A DNA stretch of 64,000 nt from assembly GCA_964057225.1 (NCBI GenBank), contig OZ059894.1, forward strand, positions 11,408,001-11,472,000, given 5' to 3'. Source of the stretch: Auanema rhodensis. Taxonomy: Eukaryota; Animalia; Nematoda. A program made the position numbers and the translations under genes. The notes beneath the pieces were generated by a model. The model made no database searches. It was given only the letters and a program-made list of their open reading frames with translations, and was not told the DNA's origin. Shown piece by piece: positions 24,781 through 36,970 of the stretch. Position 1 is the first letter of the stretch. Each line of letters starts with the position of its first letter.

Positions 24781-25960
24781 ACAGTAAAAAGTCCAATCAA
24801 GAGAGAAATTTTTTCAACACATAGTTGTTTTTTTTTTAAATATCATTGTTTTTCCTCATAACTCGGTTTAAACTCGTTCTAACCCGTTGAAATACGTCTA
24901 GAAAGTCTTTATAACATGCATATGTATGATAGAACTTCATATTTATTGTAATAGAAAATTTTATTTTCAGACGTCTTGGTTAACAATGATATGTTTTACC
25001 CCCTTATAATTTTTATCATAATGTTCCTTATACGGAACGCTCAATGAAACTTGCTTCCAGAAAAATTTCTTTCTATTTTTTCTTCATATGTACGTAGATA
25101 CTATAGAGAACTATGATAGAAAACTTTAACATTCACGAAATCATCATTTCTCATTACGCTACGGAGGTTTAAAAAGCTGTGTTTTACCTTATAATAGACC
25201 GGAAAACCCTTGTGTTAAAACTGGACCGTTTTTACACATATAAAAATGTCCCGTATTCGGGACCCTAATGTAACTTTTGATTCCCTATATTTTTTTTCAT
25301 GAAATTTACAATCTACTGTAGAAAGAAGAATTATTTTTATAAAAACTGTAAATTTTTGAAAAATGAAAACAAAACGAAAACAAAAACAACTTTTTTTTGA
25401 ACATTTTCTCACACAAGGGTCCCCCCTTACCTACTTTTTTTCTCATTACTCGTTTCAACCTCATCCGATCACTCTGCAAACATGTTTAATCGTTCTAACT
25501 TGTTGAAATACGTCTTAAAAGTCTAAACAACATGCATATGCATAATAGAAACCACCCGAATAGGCCCCCACGCACTAAACGAGATATATACATTACCAGT
25601 ATAGTAATAGAACACATATTGAAGATTAATTCGATAAGAACAATTTATTGACGTAGAGAATGTTTGTTCCGAAAAACTACAATATTAAACTATAAAAGTA
25701 ACAAAAGCGTAGAGGCAGCAAAGACATGAATAAACATAAATGTAAATACAGAATTACCAGGTAGTACATAAGTATGACAAAAAATTATAAGAAAGCCATG
25801 AAAATAGAAGGTTTGTGAACAAATGAGAGGTACATCTTTGATTGTATAGTCATTTCTAAACCGTTCGTATGCTGCAGCATCGTCATAAGCGTCACTCAAG
25901 TTGAATTTCCATGTGTACTACACGATTTTCATTCTTATTGTTACATTCTTTCCCTGAGGG

Positions 25961-26146
25961 AATGGGCCGTTCCCGCCAGCAGTGCAAGAGCGGGTCGACC
26001 CGTGAGGTGGAGCTAGCAAGCCAGCATCTACCTCAAGTCTCAAAAATCGGTTAACCTTATTGTGAACCAATGGAACACATATCGAAGGTTAATTCGATAA
26101 GAACGATTACTACACTTTGATCTTAGCCAAAAGGCCGAGAAGCGAT
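25961..26146 (-). ncRNA. U2: U2 snRNA
   Basis: Array copy. Confidence 0.95.
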
Positions 26147-26588
26147 ACAGCATAGCCATGAGTATCAAAGACATCAAGCAAATGTATCGTACTTGTTACG
26201 AGTGCACTCTCTCATTTGAATATAAAAGTGTGGTTTGACAATCTTGACTGTACAGGTCATAAATGGCTCATATAAACTGTGGATTTACTCAACTTTTGGA
26301 CTTATTTTTTTCTTATTCGAAGCGCTGCACTTTTTTCTATTCTTTTTATTCAAATACTTGTATATAGTTTTATATGTACGGTTGCAAAGTTTCCGAATAT
26401 TTTATATATTTTTATACAATAATTAGGAGAAGGTTAATACAATGAAATCTCCCAACTTTACAGTGTTTGTATTGCTTACAGTATCTAGAACAACCACTCT
26501 TGTAATATTAGAGCACATATCAATCAACAACTTTTTCTAGTTATCAAAGCTTTTTTATTTCTTCAAGATATTTCAAATAAAATATAAA

Positions 26589-26707
26589 AGCTTACGACAC
26601 CCGGGATTCCCAAGCCGTCTCCGATCCAAGTACTAACCGGGCCCAACGTTGCTTGACTTGCCAGATCGGACGGGATGGCGTACTTTCAACGTGGTATGGT
26701 CGTAAGC
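26589..26707 (-). rRNA. 5S rRNA: 5S rRNA
   Basis: Array copy. Confidence 0.96.
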
Positions 26708-26948
26708 AATGTTATATTCTTCATTATCAGTTATATCACTCTAAATCTTGTTGTTAATAGTTAGGACCACAAAGAAAACAACAGGAACAGTAACAAATGA
26801 AATGCCCAAACTTTACAGTGTTCGAGTTATTTACAGTATCTAAGACTACCTCTGTCGTGTTATTAGAGCAAACATTCGATTAACAACAACTTTTTTTTAG
26901 TTATCAAAGCTTTTTTATTTCTTCAAAAAATTTCAAATAAAATATAAA

Positions 26949-27067
26949 AGCTTACGACACCCGGGATTCCCAAGCCGTCTCCGATCCAAGTACTAACCGG
27001 GCCCAACGTTGCTTGACTTGCCAGATCGGACGGGATGGCGTACTTTCAACGTGGTATGGTCGTAAGC
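26949..27067 (-). rRNA. 5S rRNA: 5S rRNA
   Basis: Array copy. Confidence 0.96.
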
Positions 27068-27209
27068 AATGTCATATTCTTCATTATCAGTTATATCACT
27101 CTAAATCTTGTTGTTAATAGATACGACCACAAAGAAAACAACAGGAACAGTAACAATAACAAAAAAAATTTTTTTTTCACCTATGTGTCTAAAGGTTAGC
27201 CATGTATCC

Positions 27210-27281
<72 letters not shown>

Positions 27282-28461
27282 ACAGTAAAAAGTCCAATCA
27301 AGAGAGAAATTTTTTCAACACATAGTTGTTTTTTTTTTAAATATCATTGTTTTTCCTCATAACTCGGTTTAAACTCGTTCTAACCCGTTGAAATACGTCT
27401 AGAAAGTCTTTATAACATGCATATGTATGATAGAACTTCATATTTATTGTAATAGAAAATTTTATTTTCAGACGTCTTGGTTAACAATGATATGTTTTAC
27501 CCCCTTATAATTTTTATCATAATGTTCCTTATACGGAACGCTCAATGAAACTTGCTTCCAGAAAAATTTCTTTCTATTTTTTCTTCATATGTACGTAGAT
27601 ACTATAGAGAACTATGATAGAAAACTTTAACATTCACGAAATCATCATTTCTCATTACGCTACGGAGGTTTAAAAAGCTGTGTTTTACCTTATAATAGAC
27701 CGGAAAACCCTTGTGTTAAAACTGGACCGTTTTTACACATATAAAAATGTCCCGTATTCGGGACCCTAATGTAACTTTTGATTCCCTATATTTTTTTTCA
27801 TGAAATTTACAATCTACTGTAGAAAGAAGAATTATTTTTATAAAAACTGTAAATTTTTGAAAAATGAAAACAAAACGAAAACAAAAACAACTTTTTTTTG
27901 AACATTTTCTCACACAAGGGTCCCCCCTTACCTACTTTTTTTCTCATTACTCGTTTCAACCTCATCCGATCACTCTGCAAACATGTTTAATCGTTCTAAC
28001 TTGTTGAAATACGTCTTAAAAGTCTAAACAACATGCATATGCATAATAGAAACCACCCGAATAGGCCCCCACGCACTAAACGAGATATATACATTACCAG
28101 TATAGTAATAGAACACATATTGAAGATTAATTCGATAAGAACAATTTATTGACGTAGAGAATGTTTGTTCCGAAAAACTACAATATTAAACTATAAAAGT
28201 AACAAAAGCGTAGAGGCAGCAAAGACATGAATAAACATAAATGTAAATACAGAATTACCAGGTAGTACATAAGTATGACAAAAAATTATAAGAAAGCCAT
28301 GAAAATAGAAGGTTTGTGAACAAATGAGAGGTACATCTTTGATCGTATAGTCATTTCTAAACCGTTCGTATGCTGCAGCATCGTCATAAGCGTCACTCAA
28401 GTTGAATTTCCATGTGTACTACACGATTTTCATTCTTATTGTTACATTCTTTCCCTGAGGG

Positions 28462-28647
28462 AATGGGCCGTTTCCGCCAGCAGTGCAAGAGCGGGTCGAC
28501 CCGTGAGGTGGAGCTAGCAAGCCAGCATCTACCTCAAGTCTCAAAAATCGGTTAACCTTATTGTGAACCAATGGAACACATATCGAAGGTTAATTCGATA
28601 AGAACGATTACTACACTTTGATCTTAGCCAAAAGGCCGAGAAGCGAT
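28462..28647 (-). ncRNA. U2: U2 snRNA (G175A variant)
   Basis: Array copy; C>T at 28473 on the + strand. Confidence 0.95.
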
Positions 28648-29089
28648 ACAGCATAGCCATGAGTATCAAAGACATCAAGCAAATGTATCGTACTTGTTAC
28701 GAGTGCACTCTCTCATTTGAATATAAAAGTGTGGTTTGACAATCTTGACTGTACAGGTCATAAATGGCTCATATAAACTGTGGATTTACTCAACTTTTGG
28801 ACTTATTTTTTTCTTATTCGAAGCGCTGCACTTTTTTCTATTCTTTTTATTCAAATACTTGTATATAGTTTTATATGTACGGTTGCAAAGTTTCCGAATA
28901 TTTTATATATTTTTATACAATAATTAGGAGAAGGTTAATACAATGAAATCTCCCAACTTTACAGTGTTTGTATTGCTTACAGTATCTAGAACAACCACTC
29001 TTGTAATATTAGAGCACATATCAATCAACAACTTTTTCTAGTTATCAAAGCTTTTTTATTTCTTCAAGATATTTCAAATAAAATATAAA

Positions 29090-29208
29090 AGCTTACGACA
29101 CCCGGGATTCCCAAGCCGTCTCCGATCCAAGTACTAACCGGGCCCAACGTTGCTTGACTTGCCAGATCGGACGGGATGGCGTACTTTCAACGTGGTATGG
29201 TCGTAAGC
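29090..29208 (-). rRNA. 5S rRNA: 5S rRNA
   Basis: Array copy. Confidence 0.96.
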
Positions 29209-29449
29209 AATGTTATATTCTTCATTATCAGTTATATCACTCTAAATCTTGTTGTTAATAGTTAGGACCACAAAGAAAACAACAGGAACAGTAACAAATG
29301 AAATGCCCAAACTTTACAGTGTTCGAGTTATTTACAGTATCTAAGACTACCTCTGTCGTGTTATTAGAGCAAACATTCGATTAACAACAACTTTTTTTTA
29401 GTTATCAAAGCTTTTTTATTTCTTCAAAAAATTTCAAATAAAATATAAA

Positions 29450-29568
29450 AGCTTACGACACCCGGGATTCCCAAGCCGTCTCCGATCCAAGTACTAACCG
29501 GGCCCAACGTTGCTTGACTTGCCAGATCGGACGGGATGGCGTACTTTCAACGTGGTATGGTCGTAAGC
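29450..29568 (-). rRNA. 5S rRNA: 5S rRNA
   Basis: Array copy. Confidence 0.96.
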
Positions 29569-29710
29569 AATGTCATATTCTTCATTATCAGTTATATCAC
29601 TCTAAATCTTGTTGTTAATAGATACGACCACAAAGAAAACAACAGGAACAGTAACAATAACAAAAAAAATTTTTTTTTCACCTATGTGTCTAAAGGTTAG
29701 CCATGTATCC

Positions 29711-29760
<50 letters not shown>

Positions 29761-30940
29761 ACAGTAAAAAGTCCAATCAAGAGAGAAATTTTTTCAACAC
29801 ATAGTTGTTTTTTTTTTAAATATCATTGTTTTTCCTCATAACTCGGTTTAAACTCGTTCTAACCCGTTGAAATACGTCTAGAAAGTCTTTATAACATGCA
29901 TATGTATGATAGAACTTCATATTTATTGTAATAGAAAATTTTATTTTCAGACGTCTTGGTTAACAATGATATGTTTTACCCCCTTATAATTTTTATCATA
30001 ATGTTCCTTATACGGAACGCTCAATGAAACTTGCTTCCAGAAAAATTTCTTTCTATTTTTTCTTCATATGTACGTAGATACTATAGAGAACTATGATAGA
30101 AAACTTTAACATTCACGAAATCATCATTTCTCATTACGCTACGGAGGTTTAAAAAGCTGTGTTTTACCTTATAATAGACCGGAAAACCCTTGTGTTAAAA
30201 CTGGACCGTTTTTACACATATAAAAATGTCCCGTATTCGGGACCCTAATGTAACTTTTGATTCCCTATATTTTTTTTCATGAAATTTACAATCTACTGTA
30301 GAAAGAAGAATTATTTTTATAAAAACTGTAAATTTTTGAAAAATGAAAACAAAACGAAAACAAAAACAACTTTTTTTTGAACATTTTCTCACACAAGGGT
30401 CCCCCCTTACCTACTTTTTTTCTCATTACTCGTTTCAACCTCATCCGATCACTCTGCAAACATGTTTAATCGTTCTAACTTGTTGAAATACGTCTTAAAA
30501 GTCTAAACAACATGCATATGCATAATAGAAACCACCCGAATAGGCCCCCACGCACTAAACGAGATATATACATTACCAGTATAGTAATAGAACACATATT
30601 GAAGATTAATTCGATAAGAACAATTTATTGACGTAGAGAATGTTTGTTCCGAAAAACTACAATATTAAACTATAAAAGTAACAAAAGCGTAGAGGCAGCA
30701 AAGACATGAATAAACATAAATGTAAATACAGAATTACCAGGTAGTACATAAGTATGACAAAAAATTATAAGAAAGCCATGAAAATAGAAGGTTTGTGAAC
30801 AAATGAGAGGTACATCTTTGATCGTATAGTCATTTCTAAACCGTTCGTATGCTGCAGCATCGTCATAAGCGTCACTCAAGTTGAATTTCCATGTGTACTA
30901 CACGATTTTCATTCTTATTGTTACATTCTTTCCCTGAGGG

Positions 30941-31089
30941 AATGGGCCGTTCCCGCCAGCAGTGCAAGAGCGGGTCGACCCGTGAGGTGGAGCTAGCAAG
31001 CCAGCATCTACCTCAAGTCTCAAAAATCGGTTAACCTTATTGTGAACCAATGGAACACATATCGAAGGTTAATTCGATAAGAACGATTA
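30941..31089 (-). pseudogene. U2: U2 snRNA nt 38-186, 3' part of interrupted gene
   Basis: Same junction as 16819. Confidence 0.93.
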
Positions 31090-34000
31090 ATGGTTTATTG
31101 AATAACTAATGTTATGATACAATAAATAACCAATAAAAAAGAGCCCAGAATCGGGGAGACGGTATTACCAGTACAACTTAAAACAGCAAGTAATTAAAAA
31201 GTACATAATAAGACACATTGCCAACAGAGGCTAAAACGACTCAAGAGTCGGGGGAGTGGGTTAAAAAAAATGAACAAAAAAATGAATATTAAAGCAGAAC
31301 AATGAGAAATCAAGTGCCGCTATGATCAAACAATTTGAGTGCCTACGGCAATGATGTTAAAAATAAACAACAAAATACATGTACCAATGAAGGTCAGAAA
31401 GAAAGAAACAAAAGACAAAAATAAGTAATACAAAAAGTAAATACATTACAATCAAATCACAAACAAGTCAATTGATAATTTCTTCTTCATATTGCCTTAC
31501 ACCAGAAACATGTTCCACGTAGATATTCCTGGCCCACTTGATGGTATCGGCGACGACGAGCTTCTCCATTAGCCGGTTGTAGTGGCTGCTGATCTTGAGT
31601 GATCGGAGGGTCCATAGTTCCAAGCATTCCTACGACATATGCTTCTACACTAGTCTTATAACCAAGACATTGGTATTGGCTGGCTATGTCAGCATATTTC
31701 CTCTCCTTTATCATACGCGCGGCTATCATGGCTTGACGGCGGTTTTCATAGCTCACTGTAACATCAACGATACTACAGTGTTTTGCGTCATGATCGACCA
31801 CTACTATGTCAGGTCGGAGTGTACTATTAATGCCAGGAAGAGGCTGGTTAGTGTAAACTTCTCCGTTTTTAGGCTCTGGCAGGGCTTTGATAAGACGGTC
31901 CACGATGTTGTTGTGGCGGAGTTGGATTGCTCTCGTGTGAGAGTGGCAGTGTCCAAGAACATGTGCAGCAGTTTCGTTGGAGTAACTACACCTGCGGCAC
32001 TGTTTGTTTCCTTCTCCGTGTCTTCTACAGCCATTGAGCTGGAGAGTATTGAGTCGAGCCTTGTGGATGAATCGCCAATCAGCAAACCGTATGAAATCTC
32101 CCTTCGCCATAAAGTGATTGGACGCTTTGTTGAGCATTGTGACATCAAAGACTTTCCCTTGATCCGGTTTTTGAAGAAGGATCCGAAGGTCTTTCAGCCA
32201 TAATGCACGTCGCAGGCTTCTGTGGCATAGTGAAGGTGTTAACAGTTGGTTGTTTAGATTGAGTTCTAAACCACTTTCGAGGCATGTCCAGTTAGCGTTG
32301 ATGAGTTTCTTGAGTTGACGCATCGCTACTCTTACTCTAGTCCAGATGGAGGAAACATCAGATGTTTCGGTGTCGAAAATGCCATCAACGGAACCGTTGT
32401 AATATGCAGCTGTCTCATCGTTACTGGCTTGACGTTTAATCCTTTTTGATGCTACTTTTTTTGAGTCTTGATGCGCAATATCAGCTACTACAAGATCAGA
32501 TGACTTCAAAAGTTGGTAGGCATGAGTGACTTCACAGACGTCTGACAGGTGTTGGAGTCGAGAGAGACCAAGTCCGCCGTAGTTAGTTGGCAGGTAGATT
32601 GGTTCAGCACTGGCGTTTGGAGGATAGTGCATCCATCTACGGGCACAGCGTTTGAGTTCTTTGTCAAAGGCGACTAGTTTACTCTTTGGGACGTGGCCAT
32701 TCGTCATATGAAAATTAAGGCAGGGCATCAGGAAGGTGCGTACTGCGTCAGCTTTCTGCCATTCAGCAAGTAAGGATTTGTCAATTTTTTCCAAGTGTTG
32801 ACTCATAATATTCACTGTTGGAACCGCAGACTTATGTAAATGCATTCCAGTAGGGATTCCCAGGTGGGAGTAGCTGTCGAATTTGCTGAGAGCGGGTAGA
32901 GAGGAGCTCTGTAGCATGTATGAGGCTGTTGATATTTTCCCTTTGTCGATCGTCAAGGTGGCGCATTTCGCTGGTTTGAAGGTCAAGCCTGTGAAATTAG
33001 CCGCATTTGATGCTGCGTCCAACATTTTCTGTAGATCTTCTGATGATGAGGAGACCAGGGCAAGGTCATCGGCGTACGCTAGCACAGCGATGTTGTGGTT
33101 GTGTAGCTTATAGCCAGTAGAGGATTCCAAGATGGTTTTAATTAGAGGTTCAATGGCAAGGTTGAACAGGATCGGAGATAGTGGGGATCCTTGTAACACA
33201 CCTGCATGAACTGGAATGGTCGATGTGAGTCCGGAGCCTGTCTGGATTCTTGTAGAGGCATCTGTGTATAGAGCTCGTACTCGGGATATTGAGGCTTCAG
33301 CCACTCCTGACCATCTTAGAACGTCTAGCAGAGTTTCGTGTGGCAGCGATCCAAAAGCGTTTGCGAGATCAAGCCAAGCAATTGCAATTTTCTCACGTTT
33401 ACGTTTAGCGTCCGCAATGGTACTTTGCAACATAAAGTTGTGTTCCATGCATCCAGCTTTGGCCACAAAGCCCTTTTGGGAGGGAGAAAGTCTTTTTTCT
33501 GCTCTTGCCCATGTTAGCAGTCGATGCGTAAGACAAGCTGAGTACGTCTTACCAATTGTGCACGAAAGTGCTATTGGTCGCCAGTTGTTAATGTCAGCTT
33601 TATCACCTTTCTTATGGATGAGGACGGTGGTCGACTCTTTCCAGGAAAAAGGGATGTGTCCTAGCTTGTGTACGGTGTTAAATATCGCTGCTAATATGTG
33701 ACCTCCTTGGTCAAATTTCTTCCAGTGCGAGTATCGAAGTCCATCAGCTCCTGGAGCCGTATCGCTGCAACGTCGTATGCGTTCCCAGACTTCCAAAGGG
33801 GTGAAAACACCTTCTAATGGGTCGGTACTAGCTGGCAAATCCGGTCTGGTGACTGTGATGGGGAGGGCTGGGCCTTGACTGCTGTGAACAGAAAGGAAAT
33901 GTTTTTCAACCTCTGCAGATGGTATGGTGCAGGTTTCACTTTGTTCTCCGAGCAGTTGTCGAAAGGCTTTCTTCTTGTTGGCCCTCCAGAGCTTCTGGAG

Positions 34001-34781
34001 CTTCATCGCCTGGGTTTTTTGGTCTTCCTCAGGTTGTGTGTGTGGTCGGCGCCTTTGTCGGAAGTTGGGAACTTTGATCATAATGTCAAGAGACTTTCTG
34101 ATTGCGTCTACCAACTCTTCCAGGACCTGCTCGAGCTCACTTTTGCACACAACCTTTTTAATTCTATCCACCCAAGTATTTTCAGAGTTTCTATTCGGAT
34201 CAGGGTCGGCAAAAAATGGTTCTGTACTCGAAACCCTGATCTCGTTGAATATTTCACTCTCTCGCGGAAGGGGGGAAACTTCGGCCTCTGGGGACAAGTC
34301 CAGAATTGGGGCCTCAAACAAGCGTACCGTTGATGGAGATCCTTGTTCCTGTCCACTGGATGATGTTTCCTCCATTGTACGCTCCTCCACGGGCGGGGTG
34401 GTCGTCCTTGTGCCTGGTGGGCGGGTGTTCCTGATCCTCCGCAATATAGGGCGGGAACTGGGCTCTCTCGGAGATAGAGGTGAGATCACCACAGTTTCCT
34501 CTATGATGCGGAGGCATCCTTCAGCTTTTTTCTGATGGCTTTTAACGGCCTTCAGATTGCTGGTGAGGCCACAGGCACGGCACTCAAATTCTACTCCGAC
34601 CTCATGTTCTCTCCGAAGATGGCGGACGAGACCATTGTGGTCTGAGTAGGATCGCGGAATAGGAGCGCAGATTGAACAAGAAAAAGGGCTCTGAAGAGGC
34701 ACCTTTAGCTTGTAAAGCCCTTGCTCCATCTCTAGCAGATCTAAAGACTTACGTAGTACAGTTGCAATATCGATTTAGCCA
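31090..34781 (-). mobile_element. Utopia-like retrotransposon, copy 3 (17-bp deletion near ORF end)
   Basis: Full ends; GGAGGG|TCCATAG at 31610 lacks CTTGTCCGTTGAGCGGG. Confidence 0.94.
31487..34729 (-). CDS. ZnF-RT-RLE polyprotein, 1080 aa, C-terminus frameshifted after GTMDP
   Basis: Matches the 1092-aa protein up to GTMDP, then an unrelated tail. Confidence 0.8.
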   Translation of the reverse strand: MEQGLYKLKVPLQSPFSCSICAPIPRSYSDHNGLVRHLRREHEVGVEFECRACGLTSNLKAVKSHQKKAEGCLRIIEETVVISPLSPREPSSRPILRRIRNTRPPGTRTTTPPVEERTMEETSSSGQEQGSPSTVRLFEAPILDLSPEAEVSPLPRESEIFNEIRVSSTEPFFADPDPNRNSENTWVDRIKKVVCKSELEQVLEELVDAIRKSLDIMIKVPNFRQRRRPHTQPEEDQKTQAMKLQKLWRANKKKAFRQLLGEQSETCTIPSAEVEKHFLSVHSSQGPALPITVTRPDLPASTDPLEGVFTPLEVWERIRRCSDTAPGADGLRYSHWKKFDQGGHILAAIFNTVHKLGHIPFSWKESTTVLIHKKGDKADINNWRPIALSCTIGKTYSACLTHRLLTWARAEKRLSPSQKGFVAKAGCMEHNFMLQSTIADAKRKREKIAIAWLDLANAFGSLPHETLLDVLRWSGVAEASISRVRALYTDASTRIQTGSGLTSTIPVHAGVLQGSPLSPILFNLAIEPLIKTILESSTGYKLHNHNIAVLAYADDLALVSSSSEDLQKMLDAASNAANFTGLTFKPAKCATLTIDKGKISTASYMLQSSSLPALSKFDSYSHLGIPTGMHLHKSAVPTVNIMSQHLEKIDKSLLAEWQKADAVRTFLMPCLNFHMTNGHVPKSKLVAFDKELKRCARRWMHYPPNASAEPIYLPTNYGGLGLSRLQHLSDVCEVTHAYQLLKSSDLVVADIAHQDSKKVASKRIKRQASNDETAAYYNGSVDGIFDTETSDVSSIWTRVRVAMRQLKKLINANWTCLESGLELNLNNQLLTPSLCHRSLRRALWLKDLRILLQKPDQGKVFDVTMLNKASNHFMAKGDFIRFADWRFIHKARLNTLQLNGCRRHGEGNKQCRRCSYSNETAAHVLGHCHSHTRAIQLRHNNIVDRLIKALPEPKNGEVYTNQPLPGINSTLRPDIVVVDHDAKHCSIVDVTVSYENRRQAMIAARMIKERKYADIASQYQCLGYKTSVEAYVVGMLGTMDPPITQDQQPLQPANGEARRRRYHQVGQEYLRGTCFWCKAI

Positions 34782-34877
34782 TTAACCTTATTGTGAACCA
34801 ATGGAACACATATCGAAGGTTAATTCGATAAGAACGATTACTACACTTTGATCTTAGCCAAAAGGCCGAGAAGCGAT
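34782..34877 (-). pseudogene. U2: U2 snRNA nt 1-96 fused to element 5' end
   Basis: Same junction as 18649. Confidence 0.93.
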
Positions 34878-35324
34878 ACAGCATAGCCATGAGTATCAAA
34901 GACATCAAGCAAATGTATCGTACTTGTTACGAGTGCACTCTCTCATTTGAATATAAAAGTGTGGTTTGACAATCTTGACTGTACAGGTCATAAATGGCTC
35001 ATATAAACTGTGGATTTACTCAACTTTTGGACTTATTTTTTTCTTATTCGAAGCGCTGCACTTTTTTCTATTCTTTTTATTCAAATACTTGTATATAGTT
35101 TTATATGTACGGTTGCAAAGTTTCCGAATATTTTATATATTTTTATACAATAATTAGGAGAAGGTTAATACAATGAAATCTCCCAACTTTACAGTGTTTG
35201 TATTGCTTACAGTATCTAGAACAACCACTCTTGTAATATTAGAGCAAACATTCGATTAACAACAACTTTTTTTTAGTTATCAAAGCTTTTTTATTTCTTC
35301 AAAAAATTTCAAATAAAATATAAA

Positions 35325-35443
35325 AGCTTACGACACCCGGGATTCCCAAGCCGTCTCCGATCCAAGTACTAACCGGGCCCAACGTTGCTTGACTTGCCAG
35401 ATCGGACGGGATGGCGTACTTTCAACGTGGTATGGTCGTAAGC
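35325..35443 (-). rRNA. 5S rRNA: 5S rRNA (only copy in this unit)
   Basis: Flank switches from first-copy to second-copy type at TATTAGAGCA (~35237-35246). Confidence 0.96.
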
Positions 35444-35585
35444 AATGTCATATTCTTCATTATCAGTTATATCACTCTAAATCTTGTTGTTAATAGATAC
35501 GACCACAAAGAAAACAACAGGAACAGTAACAATAACAAAAAAAATTTTTTTTTCACCTATGTGTCTAAAGGTTAGCCATGTATCC

Positions 35586-35641
<56 letters not shown>

Positions 35642-36821
35642 ACAGTAAAAAGTCCAATCAAGAGAGAAATTTTTTCAACACATAGTTGTTTTTTTTTTAA
35701 ATATCATTGTTTTTCCTCATAACTCGGTTTAAACTCGTTCTAACCCGTTGAAATACGTCTAGAAAGTCTTTATAACATGCATATGTATGATAGAACTTCA
35801 TATTTATTGTAATAGAAAATTTTATTTTCAGACGTCTTGGTTAACAATGATATGTTTTACCCCCTTATAATTTTTATCATAATGTTCCTTATACGGAACG
35901 CTCAATGAAACTTGCTTCCAGAAAAATTTCTTTCTATTTTTTCTTCATATGTACGTAGATACTATAGAGAACTATGATAGAAAACTTTAACATTCACGAA
36001 ATCATCATTTCTCATTACGCTACGGAGGTTTAAAAAGCTGTGTTTTACCTTATAATAGACCGGAAAACCCTTGTGTTAAAACTGGACCGTTTTTACACAT
36101 ATAAAAATGTCCCGTATTCGGGACCCTAATGTAACTTTTGATTCCCTATATTTTTTTTCATGAAATTTACAATCTACTGTAGAAAGAAGAATTATTTTTA
36201 TAAAAACTGTAAATTTTTGAAAAATGAAAACAAAACGAAAACAAAAACAACTTTTTTTTGAACATTTTCTCACACAAGGGTCCCCCCTTACCTACTTTTT
36301 TTCTCATTACTCGTTTCAACCTCATCCGATCACTCTGCAAACATGTTTAATCGTTCTAACTTGTTGAAATACGTCTTAAAAGTCTAAACAACATGCATAT
36401 GCATAATAGAAACCACCCGAATAGGCCCCCACGCACTAAACGAGATATATACATTACCAGTATAGTAATAGAACACATATTGAAGATTAATTCGATAAGA
36501 ACAATTTATTGACGTAGAGAATGTTTGTTCCGAAAAACTACAATATTAAACTATAAAAGTAACAAAAGCGTAGAGGCAGCAAAGACATGAATAAACATAA
36601 ATGTAAATACAGAATTACCAGGTAGTACATAAGTATGACAAAAAATTATAAGAAAGCCATGAAAATAGAAGGTTTGTGAACAAATGAGAGGTACATCTTT
36701 GATCGTATAGTCATTTCTAAACCGTTCGTATGCTGCAGCATCGTCATAAGCGTCACTCAAGTTGAATTTCCATGTGTACTACACGATTTTCATTCTTATT
36801 GTTACATTCTTTCCCTGAGGG

Positions 36822-36970
36822 AATGGGCCGTTCCCGCCAGCAGTGCAAGAGCGGGTCGACCCGTGAGGTGGAGCTAGCAAGCCAGCATCTACCTCAAGTC
36901 TCAAAAATCGGTTAACCTTATTGTGAACCAATGGAACACATATCGAAGGTTAATTCGATAAGAACGATTA
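36822..36970 (-). pseudogene. U2: U2 snRNA nt 38-186, 3' part of interrupted gene
   Basis: Same junction as 16819. Confidence 0.93.
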
